A DNA stretch of 64,000 bases from Octopus sinensis (GCF_006345805.1 NC_043008.1:3720001-3784000), one strand, 5' to 3'; counted from the stretch's first letter, positions 12,968 through 26,687 are shown. The notes: generated by a model not told the origin, from the sequence alone. A program made the numbers and translations.

Positions 12968-13035
12968 ATTGCTTGACAACCGGTGTTGGTTTGTTACGTT
13001 CCCGTAACTTAGCGGTACACAAAACGAATACAATT
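12968..13035 (+). mobile_element. SINE family B 3' fragment
   Basis: GCTTGACAACCGGTGTTGGTTTGTTACGTTCCCGTAACTTAGCGG matches 35530-35577; preceded by (TG)-rich tract as in the full copy. Confidence 0.65.
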
Positions 13036-13633
13036 GAATATTTACCAGTCTGAAAAGAAAGACATAGTCGATATAATTGACCAAATCCCTGACGGTGGGT
13101 TCCCTTCAAAGCCGCAGAACGATGGTGAAGGAAAGCAACCGAAAACTGGAAAGTACGCCAAGTGATTCCGACATCGGTTTCACGAATTTGAGGGTAGAAA
13201 AAAATGGCATCGATTTCAATAATTTCTAACCATCTTGGACCATTATCATAGAAAGAAAACCCAAAGAAGACGCAAACTTGCAGTGGGGAAAAATCAAGAT
13301 TTAATATAGACACGAAATAATATAAACTATATTTCAATTGATTAGCCTTTGATCTTTTTATATCGGCGTTACCTTGGAAAATATAAAGGATATTAATGGA
13401 AGGTCGACATCAGAAAGTAGAATCTTTAAAAGATCGACCTTGATTCAGTAGAATGTTTTTTAAGTATTTCATCTGGGGATAGAATTCCTAGCGATGGAAA
13501 TAAAGTGGAAGAGATGAATGCTATTAAAATAAATTGTATTGTTTATTCAATAACGCTCCTGCATCTCAGTGGGCGTTTTTCTACTTTCCTTCTGATTTTA
13601 TTGATTCCCTTAGCCATCCATCTGGTGCTATGC

Positions 13634-13691
<58 letters not shown>

Positions 13692-13915
13692 TTAAAAATT
13701 GAGGGAGATAAATTAATATTAATTTTAATATGTCTGTTATTTATTAATTTTTCATATGTCCTGCCCGCCAAAGTTGGTTCTGGTGTTCGCTGAATTCTTC
13801 CTCTAGAGAATTTCCCCTGTAGTTTGATCGTTGATGGTCTTCTTCTAGCATTCTGGCCGGCTACCTAGCAGGCCAGCCCTGCCAATATACACATATATAT
13901 ATACATATATATATA

Positions 13916-13948
<33 letters not shown>

Positions 13949-14090
13949 CATATATATACATATATATATACATATATATATATATACATATATATACATA
14001 TATATATATTATATATATATATATATATATAGATATAGATATATATATACATATATAGATAGATATATATATATACGCACACACAACACG

Positions 14091-14180
<90 letters not shown>

Positions 14181-15426
14181 GACATTTATGTACATGTGTG
14201 TAGGTGCACATCAATCCAAGCATTAGAGCTTCAGTTAATCTAAGTAAAGTAGTCAATTACACAGAATGCACAATGAACCACAAGGTAGTCGGTGCTCTGA
14301 CTTTGTGAATGAATCAAATGAGAAGGATGGGCCAACCAAATATAACACCTGAAGAAAAAATGTGTCCACAGTGTGTGTGTGCCTATGTGCGTGTGTTTAT
14401 ATATATATATTTTTCTTCTGTAGTTTCAGCTCAGAGCTGCGACCATGCAATAATTTTAATGATAAAGTATATGGAGACTGGTACATCCACAAAATTTATT
14501 TTCTTATATTTTGCAGTGGGTCATAGAGCATATTTTTATGAGTGACAACACCTGATGGTCATAGACGTTAAATACTTATCGATGCAGTTAGCCGTAATAT
14601 CCCTCTAAACTCACATTATACATACATACACACACACACATGCTTACACATAGGCTTATCGATGTGTGCGTATGCACGCGCGCGTTTTTCTATGATATAT
14701 ATATACGGTATTTAATAAACGATACTGAACGCTAGCGCACGATTTGAGGAATTATATTGCTAAAATATAAATTGAACATTTTTCTCTGTCGCGTTTATAA
14801 ATTTCATTACTTTTTCATTGGCAAATATTATCTATTACCGAATTTCATTTGAAATGTTGTTACACGAAACCTCCACTGTTATTGGTTTCGTGTATGTTTG
14901 CTGTTTCGCCGATCTATCACAATAGGCATTTGAGGAGATATCAAAGCCAGGTGTTAACATATTTAATGCAGAAATTGTAAGCTATTAAAACTGCTTCCGT
15001 GGTGAGGATAACACTAATCATCTTAATTATGGATTCTAATTTCAAAAAAAAAAAAAAGAAAGAAGAAGGAAGGTAACCATAAAATATTAATTCATTGAAA
15101 CTATTTTCGAATTGGAGCGAGTGAGTGGCTGTGATGTCAGTGGAAGCGTGACATGATTAATGTTTCGGCGTCATTAGATCTCTTCAGTGTATGTTGCCAA
15201 CCTGAAGCAAATCTATTTGCATGCGTTTTATGTATCTTAAGTCAAACAGAGAGAGAGAGAGAGATCCCCCCCTTTCTTTCTCTCTCTCGCTTTCTGTCTT
15301 TCTCTTTGACACAGTGTACATACCAATATATATGCATACATACATACTTGCATATATATATATATAATATATATATATATATTCTCTGCTATCACTACCA
15401 AACAAAGATGTTGGTAGTTATATGTT

Positions 15427-15963
15427 ACCAGCCTTGAAGCCGCTTTTGGGGCGGCATTCAGGCTAGCTCCTGCGCAGGGCACCTTTGAGGCCTTCAGTCC
15501 CACTATCGGGCCGCTTCGTGGCCCTCTACCATCGTGTATTTTAACTTATTTCTGCAAATGTGCTAAGCACTGATGCTGATCATAGTTTATTCAACAAGCG
15601 TAGGAGCGAGGTAAACACAGTAAAAATAGGTGGGGTCAGTGGGGCTCCATTTAGCGGTCCTTCAGAAATCGAACCTCCTTACGATACTCCCTGGGAGTTC
15701 ATAGTATGAAATTCATTGTCATTGCTCCGATTTGATCGCCAGTGCCATGTATTTAGATTAAAATGCAGTAAAAATAGAGGAGATCAGTGGGGCCCCAATT
15801 AGGCGGCCCTTTAAAAAATAGATCCCCTTATGACATTCCCTGGGATTAGACGAGTTGCTGGTTTAAGTTTCGTCGCCCTTCAACCAACGGTCTAGGAGGA
15901 GTTAACTAACATAAAAACGTAACGGACAGAGAAACATTTATATTAAATTTATATCAAGTAGAT
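15427..15963 (+). mobile_element. Non-autonomous Helitron/Helentron-type element (HINE/DINE-1-like layout)
   Basis: 5' subterminal hairpin 15430-15464; ~80-bp internal direct repeat (15618-15696, 15766-15845); 3' end CAACGGTCTAGGAGGAGTT...ACGGACAGA...TTTATAT...TAGAT resembles, from memory, non-autonomous Helitron 3' ends. Confidence 0.5.
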
Positions 15964-16247
15964 TGGTCTCGGTTTTGAGAGCATCTGAACGTATGAATTG
16001 TAATTGGTTTTGAGTGATGTTGCATTAAACCTGTTCGAAATATGATTATTTCTCAAGTTTAATAATACTTGTTAAAGTACCAATGTGGGAGAAATTGAGC
16101 TGAATTGTTTCACATTTCAGTGATCAGAGTAATCGATCAACGACAGTCATCCCGATTGATTTATTTAGATAATGGATCAGTGAGTGACAGGCAATTTTGT
16201 TTATTGTTTCCAAGTGTTAGTGAGGTAATTAGCGACGAGGTAGTTAT

Positions 16248-16263
16248 TTATTTATTTATTTAT

Positions 16264-16294
<31 letters not shown>

Positions 16295-16333
16295 GTTAGT
16301 TAGTTAGCTAGTTAGTTAGTTAGTTAGTTAGTT
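16248..16333. repeat. (TTTA)n grading into (TTAG)n
   Basis: Seen directly. Confidence 0.9.
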
Positions 16334-17275
16334 ACAAGAATATGGCAGCGCTTACGATATTTTGCGGGATCTTTGAAACTGGTGGTAAGAAACAGGAAGA
16401 GTTACTGTTAAACCGAAAACCTTGTCTGAATACTTACAACAGAATGGATTCGTTAAATTCACGCAAGTGCCAGATGCTTATGTTTACCTGAGCGACATTT
16501 TAAATCACCTCCCAAAGACAGATGGAATTAGACGAATTCCATAGAAAAGTTTCTCACAAATTTCAACCAAAAGACTTGACTCGATCTTACGCTATACCAG
16601 AAAACAGTTGTCCAAACTACCAAATTGCAGGATCAAATCGAACTTAGATTCACGAGATCGTAGCGCAAATTTCATAACCGCACTGCAATACTTGCACCCT
16701 AGCGTTACGTCAGAATATAACGAAGGGCCGTAAATGAATGCTCTAAAACATTTGATCCGGCGCTTTATCGTTTCTCTTAAGCTGCTGCACTCTTCTTGCG
16801 CTTACGTTATGTGTACAACTTAAAGAACTGTTTTCTTCAATTCTGCATAATGGGTTTCTTTCTTCTCCTCAGACTTGAAAAGCAATGCATTAAATTCGAT
16901 TACCATTTCGCCTCTACAGATGTGCGTATGTTGCCTGCCTGGAGCAAATTCATTTGTTTCTGTTTTTATGAATCTTACACCATCTCCTCACTTTCTCTCT
17001 CTAAATTTGCCTTTCCATCTCTTTCTCACAGTGTATATACACACATATATATAATTGTATGCATACACATATTTGTGTAAACATACACGTATATGTATAC
17101 GTATATATGTATGTGTATATGTGTATACATACATACATATATACATATGTATATATACATACATACATATATATATATAAATATATTCATATATATATGA
17201 ATATATATATATGCACATATACACCTATCTATGTACACAAATATATATACATATGTATATATATAGATTTATTTA

Positions 17276-17312
<37 letters not shown>

Positions 17313-18533
17313 GCATACACGCATACATAAAAAAATACATGTTAATACACATTCGGTGTGTTTCGTTCCATTACTTGATAAATGAATTCATTTTCTCATA
17401 CATACACACAAACATGCATACGATATTTATTTCGTGTATATATGTATCCATGTATACATGTATGTATGTATATATGAATGTAAACATACTTGTATATACA
17501 CATACTCATATGCATATATCCTTATGCAAATACAAACACACGCAGATGCTCTTCCGTTGTCTCTTTTTTTGTTTTTTTTTTATTTTTAGTCATTATTATT
17601 TTTTAATCTGTCTTTATGTTTTAGTTCTGTCACTAATATTTGGTTAATCTGTTATTAAATGTGTTTTATATGCGAATGTATGTGAGTACTTGCTTGCGTG
17701 TAAGAGGATTTATGTGTGATGCTGTGTGTGGATGTGTCTCTTGTATGTCCGTGCCTGTAAAATCATTCATATGTGGTGGGCGTGTGAGCATATGTGTGTG
17801 CGTGAATATGTGTATCTAAAGTGTGCCTGTATTTGTGTTTGTCACTCTATATGTGTAAGTATGTCTGTTTTCTGTAGATTTAACAGTGCACATATATTGG
17901 GAGGGAACATATAAAAGAGAGAGAGTGTGTGTGTGTGCGTGTGTGCTTGTGTGTGTGTATGTGTGTGTGAATATCTGCATGTATCTTCCTTCATTGGTTC
18001 AAAAATTTTCATTATTGATCTCGGAGTTGTACAGTGTAGATTTTGCAGTCTCTCCGTTTTATCCATGCAACACATTCTGGGCATCTTGACAAAATACATG
18101 TACCTCGGCATGATATTTACAACCTATTATGACCTACGCTTCATTTATTTCATGTTAGCGTATACAGATCTGTCTCGAATTAAATATTATTTAGATTTGT
18201 TTTTGCCTTAGACCAGAAACCTTGATTTTTTTTTTCATATAAATCTATATTCATTTATTTATTTATTTATTTATTTGCTTGTTTGTTTGTGTGTTCGTTA
18301 CTGATATTCGGGAACACATTTGCAGGTTTGAATGTTTTTCCGTTTCCAATAAGGCCTTTTCTTCTTTTCGATCTGTGCGCGTGGTGTGTTCTGTTTAGTT
18401 TCCTGCCTGATTTTCTTATTTTTCCTTTCCGGTAATATTTCAGTCTATTTTTTCAGTTGACTCTCTGCTGTTTTTTAGTTTCCTGTATAATCACAGTGCC
18501 ATTTTTGCATAACATGTGATGTGTGTGTAAGAG

Positions 18534-18580
<47 letters not shown>

Positions 18581-18598
18581 CTCTTACACACACATCAC

Positions 18599-18672
<74 letters not shown>

Positions 18673-19779
18673 ATATGTATGTATGTATTATATACATACA
18701 AATGCACACACACATATTCATTGTATATATACTTACACATACATCAGTATCATGAGCCAAGTATTTTCACTTTTATTTTTGTTAATGAGAAGTTTATACG
18801 GTACGTAGACAAATAGGATATAATGATGAACAACAAAAGAATAATAGAAAAGGAAAAAATCGAGCAGGCGCTACGTGCAAAGTCGAATTCAGAATCAGTA
18901 CGAAAGCGCTCGATGTATTTTTGTTATTGTTCACTTGTAGATCGTATCTGATCGAACAAACTTATGATCAAAAGACGCTTCAGACATAGTATAATTAAAG
19001 CGACATTATCGAATATGTACTTCTTTCCTGAAGTCGACAGAATATTATCTATTAAAGATCTGGCTGATGTTTGCATCATGTCGAGCGACAACGTACAGGC
19101 TCCTTCGGCAGGACGCTAGAAAAGTCGTGAGCACTCGCTGTTCGTTTGGAATAAATCATACAAAATTTAGTAAACAACAATAGATTTGTCTAACATTTGG
19201 CAAGATGTCTCGGCACATTGACTCCACTTATTCGATTTGTCGAAAAATGACAATATATATATGTATTTAATGCATCCAAAAGAGAAATTAAAGGATGATG
19301 GGTTTGGATAGCAGTAAATAATTCTTGGTAAATATAAAGATTCGGAATCAAGCTTTGAAGTTTTTGTTATCATCCGAAGTCTGAACTTTTCAAATGTGAC
19401 ATGAAGCATCCAGTTTCTTGACTGTATCATGTTATGGTTGTACTTCCTCGTTAGTATCTACTTATGAAATGGGAAATGTAAATCGATATTGTCGCACGAG
19501 ATCATATATGCCTGTCAGTAGAATACTTGATTATAACACGTCGTATTCCCAAATATTTACAAGGTTATTTACAAGGTTTGTTATCAAGATTCGAAACACG
19601 CTTCTTTTTAATACGCACAAACAATGCTGATATATTCCGGGATATCTCCGTTCATAAGGGTACGTACAGTGAGATGCATATGCTGTCGTCGAAATTTTCC
19701 ACACGAGAATATGACTTATTCCTTATTGGAAAAGTTTATAATGTTTTCTAATATTTTTCAATATGTGAGAACAACTTTG

Positions 19780-20096
19780 ACGGAAGTAGAAAGAAAGCCT
19801 ACCACTCTCAACAGCCATGGAAATGGGGGAAAGTAAACAGTTACCGCCTGGGGCGGATGCGAGGTAGGCGAAATGGAAATGCCTTAGTTTACTAAGAAAT
19901 GGAGTTGGCAAAGTCAAGGTGACACCGAACAAAGAAACAGCTGCTTCAACAACACCGTGTGTGACTGTGGCACACAGCCAGAAACTATGGAACATCTGTT
20001 GAATTGCTTTTGCTGAACTTCTGTTGACCTTGCACCGTACAACGAAGATACAGAACAAATATGCTCAAATGTCGCTGGACTCGATAAGAAAAAGAA
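19780..20096 (+). mobile_element. Decayed 3' end of a non-LTR retrotransposon (I-group, Ingi/Vingi-like)
   Basis: Translates with a stop and frameshift to LPPGADAR*AKWKCLSLLRNGVGKVK / VCDCGTQPETMEHLLNC, i.e. the W..L..LR.GVG motif plus C-terminal CxC..H...C knuckle; ends in an (AAG)-like tail. Clade assignment from memory. Confidence 0.65.
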
Positions 20097-21815
20097 CGTC
20101 AGGCAGCTTTACTGCTTTACTTCGAAACCGCCATTTTGCCCCTTACAACTCCTATGGTATGTGTCTTTTAATCACACGAGTAGAGTAAGTTTTCCATGTT
20201 GGTTATTGTATTACTATTCTTTTTTCATCAAATTCGTTTCTAATGACTTGCCAGGGCTTCCTTCAATTCGATGCCATGCATCAAATCTATCGGTTGTCAT
20301 TTATATAAAATCATCTGTTATAGAAAACACTTATCCACGGTGTCACACACACTTTAGTATCGAAACTGGGACCACATGGTCGAGGAACACATTTTCTACC
20401 TGTAATGACTACATGTCCACGCATGCACCCTTCCTATCCTGTGAGCTTTCTACAGTATTGATTGGCCTATTAAGTGTAGCAGCGACATCTGTCTAAATCA
20501 TAACACCTTACTAAACCACAGCAAGAGCAACCAGTTTTTATTCGCCAGGCGGATACTTCTCAGACGATGAACTGGTCTCCTCGATGTCACGTCGTCTTTA
20601 CAACTTCCTATATTTTATTCATTTTATTATTTAATTTGTGGAATGAGAATTTCGCACGAAATTTTTTGGCTTTTATTTTTTTATAACACCGACCACCATT
20701 TAATTTTGTAGACAACCCAACATAGCTATTTCTTTATTATTTTTAATAGTTGATACTTACGCGTGTATTGCAGATTAATTAAGTAAATTTCTGAAGGAAA
20801 TCTTATGCCATTTCGGAATTATTGATTTTACACCTTGCGAGACGTAATTCTGTTAAGTAACCATACTGAGAAAATCACGATTACTCTAGGCGACGCTCTG
20901 TGTTACGTTCTTTGGTTTAAAAAATATGTAGTTTGGAGAGATGATAATTAGGAAATTTGCTGCGATCCCCCATCGCCACACGCCCAGCGTTTCCCATTAA
21001 TCACTAATGCTCCTGTAGAAATAGCAATAACATTATTGCATTTTCTTTTTTAATAATGTAGCCAGAGTTATACAAGTTATCATCGTTCTCCGTATCACTG
21101 GAATTCTTCGCTAGTCTTGCTTCCATCACCACGACTACCACTCCTAATCGAATGACTGCAATCAGTTACAGGTCGTCATAAATATATCTTCCATCTTCTA
21201 TAGATACATTTATACATTAATACTCACACGCACGCACACATGCGTTTATGTGTATGTAAACACACACCTACACACTTAAACACATGCTACATAAGTATGT
21301 TGAAGCAGAAATAAGGTACCATTATATATATACATGGGACTCTGTGTGTATGCGTAGAAGCATGTGTGTGTTATCTTTTAGCTTTTCATTTTCTTGTAAA
21401 ACGTAACAACTAAAAATGAATCGTTTTCTAGATTCGTGTTTATTAAGAAAACCGGTTAATGGGCATATTTATATCAACGCTTATCAACGTTATATTGCTG
21501 ACTTGGCACGAAGTATACGATGATAAAACATAACTATATGACATTTCGATTTTTTTTTTGCCATCATTCCCTCCCCCATTTCCTCTCTTTCACTCTCCAT
21601 CTGTCTTGTAAAATATTAAACTGTAAAGATTTGCTACACATATTTCAGCATTGATAGCATATTGACGAAAACAATATAGGAAATGCTAACGCCTTAGATA
21701 AGAAAGAATAATAATATTAATGCTCATGATGGTCACAACAACGATGACGAAGATGATGATGATGATGACGATGACTAAGATGATGATGATGATGATAGTA
21801 TTAATAATATTGATA

Positions 21816-21895
21816 ATAATCCTATCATTTCTACTTGGAAGCACAAGGCCTCAAATTTTGGGGAAGTCGATTATATTGACTCCAATGCGTAGGTG
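21816..21895 (-). mobile_element. SINE family A 3' fragment
   Basis: GCACAAGGCCTCAAATTTTGGGGAAGTCGATTATATTGACTCCA parallels the 3' end of the adjacent copy. Confidence 0.6.
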
Positions 21896-21904
21896 ATAAC
21901 AGAA

Positions 21905-22120
21905 ATAATCCTTTCTATTATAGGCACAAGGCCTGAAATTTGTGGGGAGGGAGTAAATCGATCACATCGACCCCAGTACTTGACTGGTACTTAATTTATC
22001 AACCCCGAAAGGATGAAAGGCAACATCAACCTAGGCGGAATTTGAACTCAGAACCTAGCGACGGGCGAAATACTGCTTAGCATTTCGCTCAGCATGCTGA
22101 CGATTCTGCCAGTTCACCTT
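21905..22120 (-). mobile_element. Near full-length SINE family A
   Basis: Reverse complement has head (GGTGAACTGGCAGAATCGT), GAGTTCAAATTCC B box and TTTCATCCTTTCGGGGTTGATAAATTAAGTACC core, as in 62600-62833. Confidence 0.85.
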
Positions 22121-22122
22121 TG

Positions 22123-22149
22123 ATAATAATAATAATAATAATAATAATA

Positions 22150-22200
<51 letters not shown>
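22123..22200. repeat. (ATA)n microsatellite
   Basis: Seen directly. Confidence 0.95.
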
Positions 22201-23330
22201 GGGAAAGCAAAGTAAATATATAATATAGTGGTGCTTATTTGAACATCAGCATTTTCTCTTTTTAAATTAAACCTCTTAACTTATTACTTTTGAAAAGTTT
22301 TTTAAAAAAGCGAAAATTTTAATTATAACATTGAAGTAGTTTTCTTTTAGCCTAAATTGTTAAGAGGAAAAGAAAAGGGAAGAAAAGAAGCTTATCAGTT
22401 AAAATATTTTAGCTTCCAATCTGCAAAATTATCAATTTAAACTTTTCGCAAAATAATATCAATCAAACTAACAGGAGAGCTTTAAATCGTCAATCGTTGG
22501 ATTAGATCTGCTCTGTGCAAATGTAAAAACACCGTGTGCGTGTGTGGTGGCTATGCGAGTGGGCGTGTGCGTGTCTGTATGTGTATGTGTGTATACTTGT
22601 GTATATGTATATACACACATACATAGATTCATACATACACGGATTCATACATACATGTATATATACATACATACACACACACATATATATGTTTATATGC
22701 ATACATATATACATGCATACATATGCATACATACATACGCACATACATAGATTCATACGTACATACGTACATACCTTCTGTTTTAGGAACGAATATTCGC
22801 AATGGCTCATTGGTTGATTAGCCATGTGGCTCGCGTATTTGCATCTTTCCTGATTTTAATTCCCTTTCATGCATTGTTCGCTTCATGACATGCATATATG
22901 TGTGTATGCCTGTGTGTGTAGGCATGTATTTGTATATAGATATATGTGTGCGAGTGTAAGGGTTGTATGTGTGTATGTATATGCGTATATGTTGTATGCA
23001 AAAGCTCGCATACGCACGTAAATATACAGAGAAAGGGAAGGAGAAGTGGAAAGAGAGGGAAAGGGGTGAGGAAGGGGAGAGCAGCAGAGATAAACCATAA
23101 AGAATGAGAATTTACGACTGCTTCGTCGTAAACGTCAGTAATTTTTGGAGATTCCTGAATCTTCGTTCGTGTATTGTCAATAGGAAACAATGAATCTTCA
23201 TTCCTGCTTGTACGGTAAACCCACCAGGTGGGAACTACGCTCATCCTCTCCCTTTATTGGTAACATCGATTCTTCAATAGCAACATAACATAAAGAAAAG
23301 ATAACCTAAAAAATATGGAACATTTCTCAC

Positions 23331-23513
23331 CTTTCCTAGTGATGTTCTTTCCTTCACCTGCTCGTCTTCCTCTTCCTCTTTCTACCCTTTATTCTTTCAG
23401 CATCCATCAACTGCGCTCCGCTCTCCTTCGCTATCGGGTACTTCTTCACCGAACTTGATCACTTCCTTGTAGAGTAGAGTTTGCTTCACTGGGGTAGAAT
23501 ATTGATTCCTCTT
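23331..23513 (-). other. Candidate exon (possibly last coding exon, KRNQYSTPVKQTLLYKEVIKFGEEVPDSEGERSAVDGC*)
   Basis: Acceptor TGTTTCTTTTCAG|AAG at 23513, donor AAG|GTGAGA at 23331, G-rich first codon positions; no recognised homology; a strong plus-strand acceptor also lies at 23400. Confidence 0.25.
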
Positions 23514-23565
23514 CTGAAAAGAAACAGGCAAGCGAATATTAAAAATGGACTCAAAGAATCGGGAG

Positions 23566-23603
<38 letters not shown>

Positions 23604-23728
23604 GAAGGAGAGAAAGATGGAAAGAGAGAAATTACTCCCACATCTAACAGCTTCGAGTTCTTTTTATGTTTCTGCGGAAACCAGAAATATCTTAATATCC
23701 CTAGAAACTAACTAAATATGTGCTTAGA

Positions 23729-23779
<51 letters not shown>

Positions 23780-23824
23780 ATATGGATAAATATGGCGACA
23801 TGCAGGTGCATACATAGATACATC

Positions 23825-23861
<37 letters not shown>

Positions 23862-24120
23862 CAATAATAATGAAAACCAACTCGCATATGTGGGTGTATG
23901 TGTATACAAATAATTATCTATTTATATATTTATAGTTGTATATGTATGCACATATGCAGATATATACATATGTACATATATACATACTGACAGACAGTCA
24001 GACATACATACATACATACATACATACATACATACATACATACATGTATTGACTCATTCGTATGAGCAAAACACACCGAAAAAATACATTGTTCATCACT
24101 TGAAGAAGTTCATATATGTA

Positions 24121-24127
24121 TATTATA

Positions 24128-24215
<88 letters not shown>

Positions 24216-24216
24216 T
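24121..24216. repeat. (ATT)n-(AGT)n compound microsatellite
   Basis: Seen directly. Confidence 0.95.
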
Positions 24217-24364
24217 TAATGACCTGCAAAGTGTATAAACCTTTCCTATACTCAAAGCTTGTGTTGAGTAAATTACAATTAGGATTAATACAATTAGCTC
24301 GCTATAAATACACATATGCATACACACACACACATACATGTATGCATGCATGCATGCATGTATA

Positions 24365-24510
<146 letters not shown>

Positions 24511-24827
24511 TTCAAGTGTGTATGAATATATGTATTTTTAATGACCAGCTACCCGTTTCAATCCACGTGACTTTATCAAAGGTAGCTTTGAGAGTATTGG
24601 AAGGGTTTAAACAGTTAACTGTTCATTAATAAATTAACACACATATACACACACGCACACATACACACACACACACACACACACATATGCATATATCTGT
24701 GTTTTGTGTGTATCGGTGAGTGTGAATACTTCAAGTATTCAATGCCGTGCTCTCTGTTATTTTTTCCATACACACACTGTGTGTGTATGTCTGAGTGTGT
24801 GTGTGTATATGCGCGCGTGCGTGTGTG

Positions 24828-24965
24828 CAGGCGCGTGGCTTAGTGGTTAGGGTGTTGCGCTCGTATCCTTGAGATTGTAGTTCCAATTCCTGTGCCGGGC
24901 GATACGTTGGGTTCTTAAGCAAACATTTCATTTCCCGTTGTTCCTGTACCCTTATCAGGCAAATA
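24828..24965 (+). mobile_element. tRNA-derived SINE (family C)
   Basis: Pol III A box TGGCTTAGTGG (24836-24846), B-box-like GTTCCAATTCC, then a non-tRNA body; no cloverleaf acceptor stem. Confidence 0.7.
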
Positions 24966-25851
24966 CGATTAATCCAGTTTTGGCGACATATGCGCCTCAG
25001 AATCCGGGCAACCGGTCCCAAGAGACTATGACTGAGGATTCATGCATTATTACATACAATATATTTAGTATTGTTTCCACCTATCATTTCCAGCAACAAA
25101 CCACGATAAAGGTTTCGTGCTCTTTTTTTTTTTTGCAGGTGTGGTGTGGATGGGGGGGGGGGGCATTCTTTTTTTCATAAACTTTTTAAGACTGCTTATC
25201 TCTCATGTATATTCATATGAATGACCGAATCACTCCTTTATCTCCTCCTGGCGAATTCATACATGTTAATAGCGGGTGTATATTGATTTGCAAGTGTTTC
25301 CGTGAAGCCCACTACGTGAACGTTTCCCGAAGCAGTTAGACATCCCATGAAGTAATTTGTGGTAAACATCGCATATTTTCTTTATGTGGAACGTTTAAAG
25401 TCCATTCTTCCTGCTTATTAATTCACGTGGACATGAAGTTATATCACCGTCTATGTCGTTCTCTTCTTGTATTGGTGAAACAGCTCGTAGAGATCGATTA
25501 AAACTGCAATATCTACATTTACATACACACACACACACATTCCCCTCCACATATATTTTTCTTCAGATCTGCTACTACCTACCTACCGAGCCTTCACAAA
25601 AGTAAGAGAGAGAGGGAGAGAGAGAGATAGAGAGAGACAGACAGACAGAGACAGACAGACAGACAGACAGAAAAAAGGAAAATGTCCCACGTATTTGAAA
25701 ACTATGGAAATATTTTTAAAAACATTTCATTTAATTTTTCCACAATTTGTCTTTCATGCTTTACTCTGAGTTGAAAAAGTTGCAAAGACTGAAACCGGTA
25801 CTAAAATGTTCTTCCTGATAAAATTATTTTATCCTATTTTCATTATATATA

Positions 25852-26250
25852 CACAAGGGTTGGACAAAATAATGGAAGCACCTTAAAATTTCAAACAAAT
25901 TTATTTTAATGAGTTAGGGCCGCCTTTGGCAGGAATTGCAGCTTGAATTCTACGAGGTATGGACTCGTACAAAGTTTGAATTGTTTCCAAAGGAATTTCT
26001 TCTTCATTCTTCAGCTAAAACAGTCTCCAGTTCTTGTACTGATGATGGTGGAGGATATCAAGTCCTTACTTGTTTTTCTAAGATGCACCATAAATGTTCA
26101 ATAATATTGAGATCTGGGGACTGTGGTGGCCAGATAAGATGTTCAACTTCACTAGAATGTTCCTTGAGCGATTCAGTAACAATTTTAGCTATGTGAACTG
26201 GTACATTATCATCCTGAAAGATTGCGTTTCCCTCCGGAACAAACATTCAC
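25852..26250 (-). mobile_element. Tc1-family transposon remnant: transposase C-terminus plus one TIR
   Basis: ORF 26058-26246 reads FQDDNVPVH...WPPQSPDLNIIEHLW (Tc1 second Asp and WPxxSPDLNxIE motif); terminus TA|CACAAGGGTTGGACAAAATAATGG at 25850. Confidence 0.9.
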
Positions 26251-26583
26251 ATTTCTCCCTTTTACACACACACACACATATACTCACGCAGAGTTGAAGC
26301 GCTGATTGATTTTTGTTTCACCGTTGACGTTTCACCCTCCCACTTCCATCGGTGGAGCACTCCTTCCTTTCTCATTCATGTGCTGTGACGGAGAAATACC
26401 CAAGTGTATTATTATAGTAGATTATTATAGTAGGAGATTCAGGGCGACCTCTTTGCCACTTCCTTTCTCTCATTGCTATTACTATTTCTCACTACGTCTT
26501 CACTGAATTACTATTTTCTCACCTCTCCCTTCACCTTTCACTCCTACTGCGTGATTTTGGATAAATATATAAATACAAACATA

Positions 26584-26687
26584 TATTTCTTTACTACCCA
26601 CAAGGGGCTAAACACAGAGGGGACAAACAAGGACAGACAAACGGATTAAGTCGATTACATCGACCCCAGTGCGTAACTGGTACTTAT
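26584..26687 (-). mobile_element. 5'-truncated young SINE family A copy
   Basis: Reverse complement differs from 62730-62833 at two positions by manual comparison; TATATAAATACA direct repeat on both sides. Confidence 0.9.

Noticed and set aside
16389-16543. 51-codon frame with AYVYLSDILNHLP, faintly like the IS66 C-terminal motif
   Set aside because: Very short, spacing does not fit, and there is no other bacterial or IS context
24828-24900. Possible tRNA gene
   Set aside because: A and B boxes are present but there is no acceptor stem or cloverleaf; it continues into a SINE body
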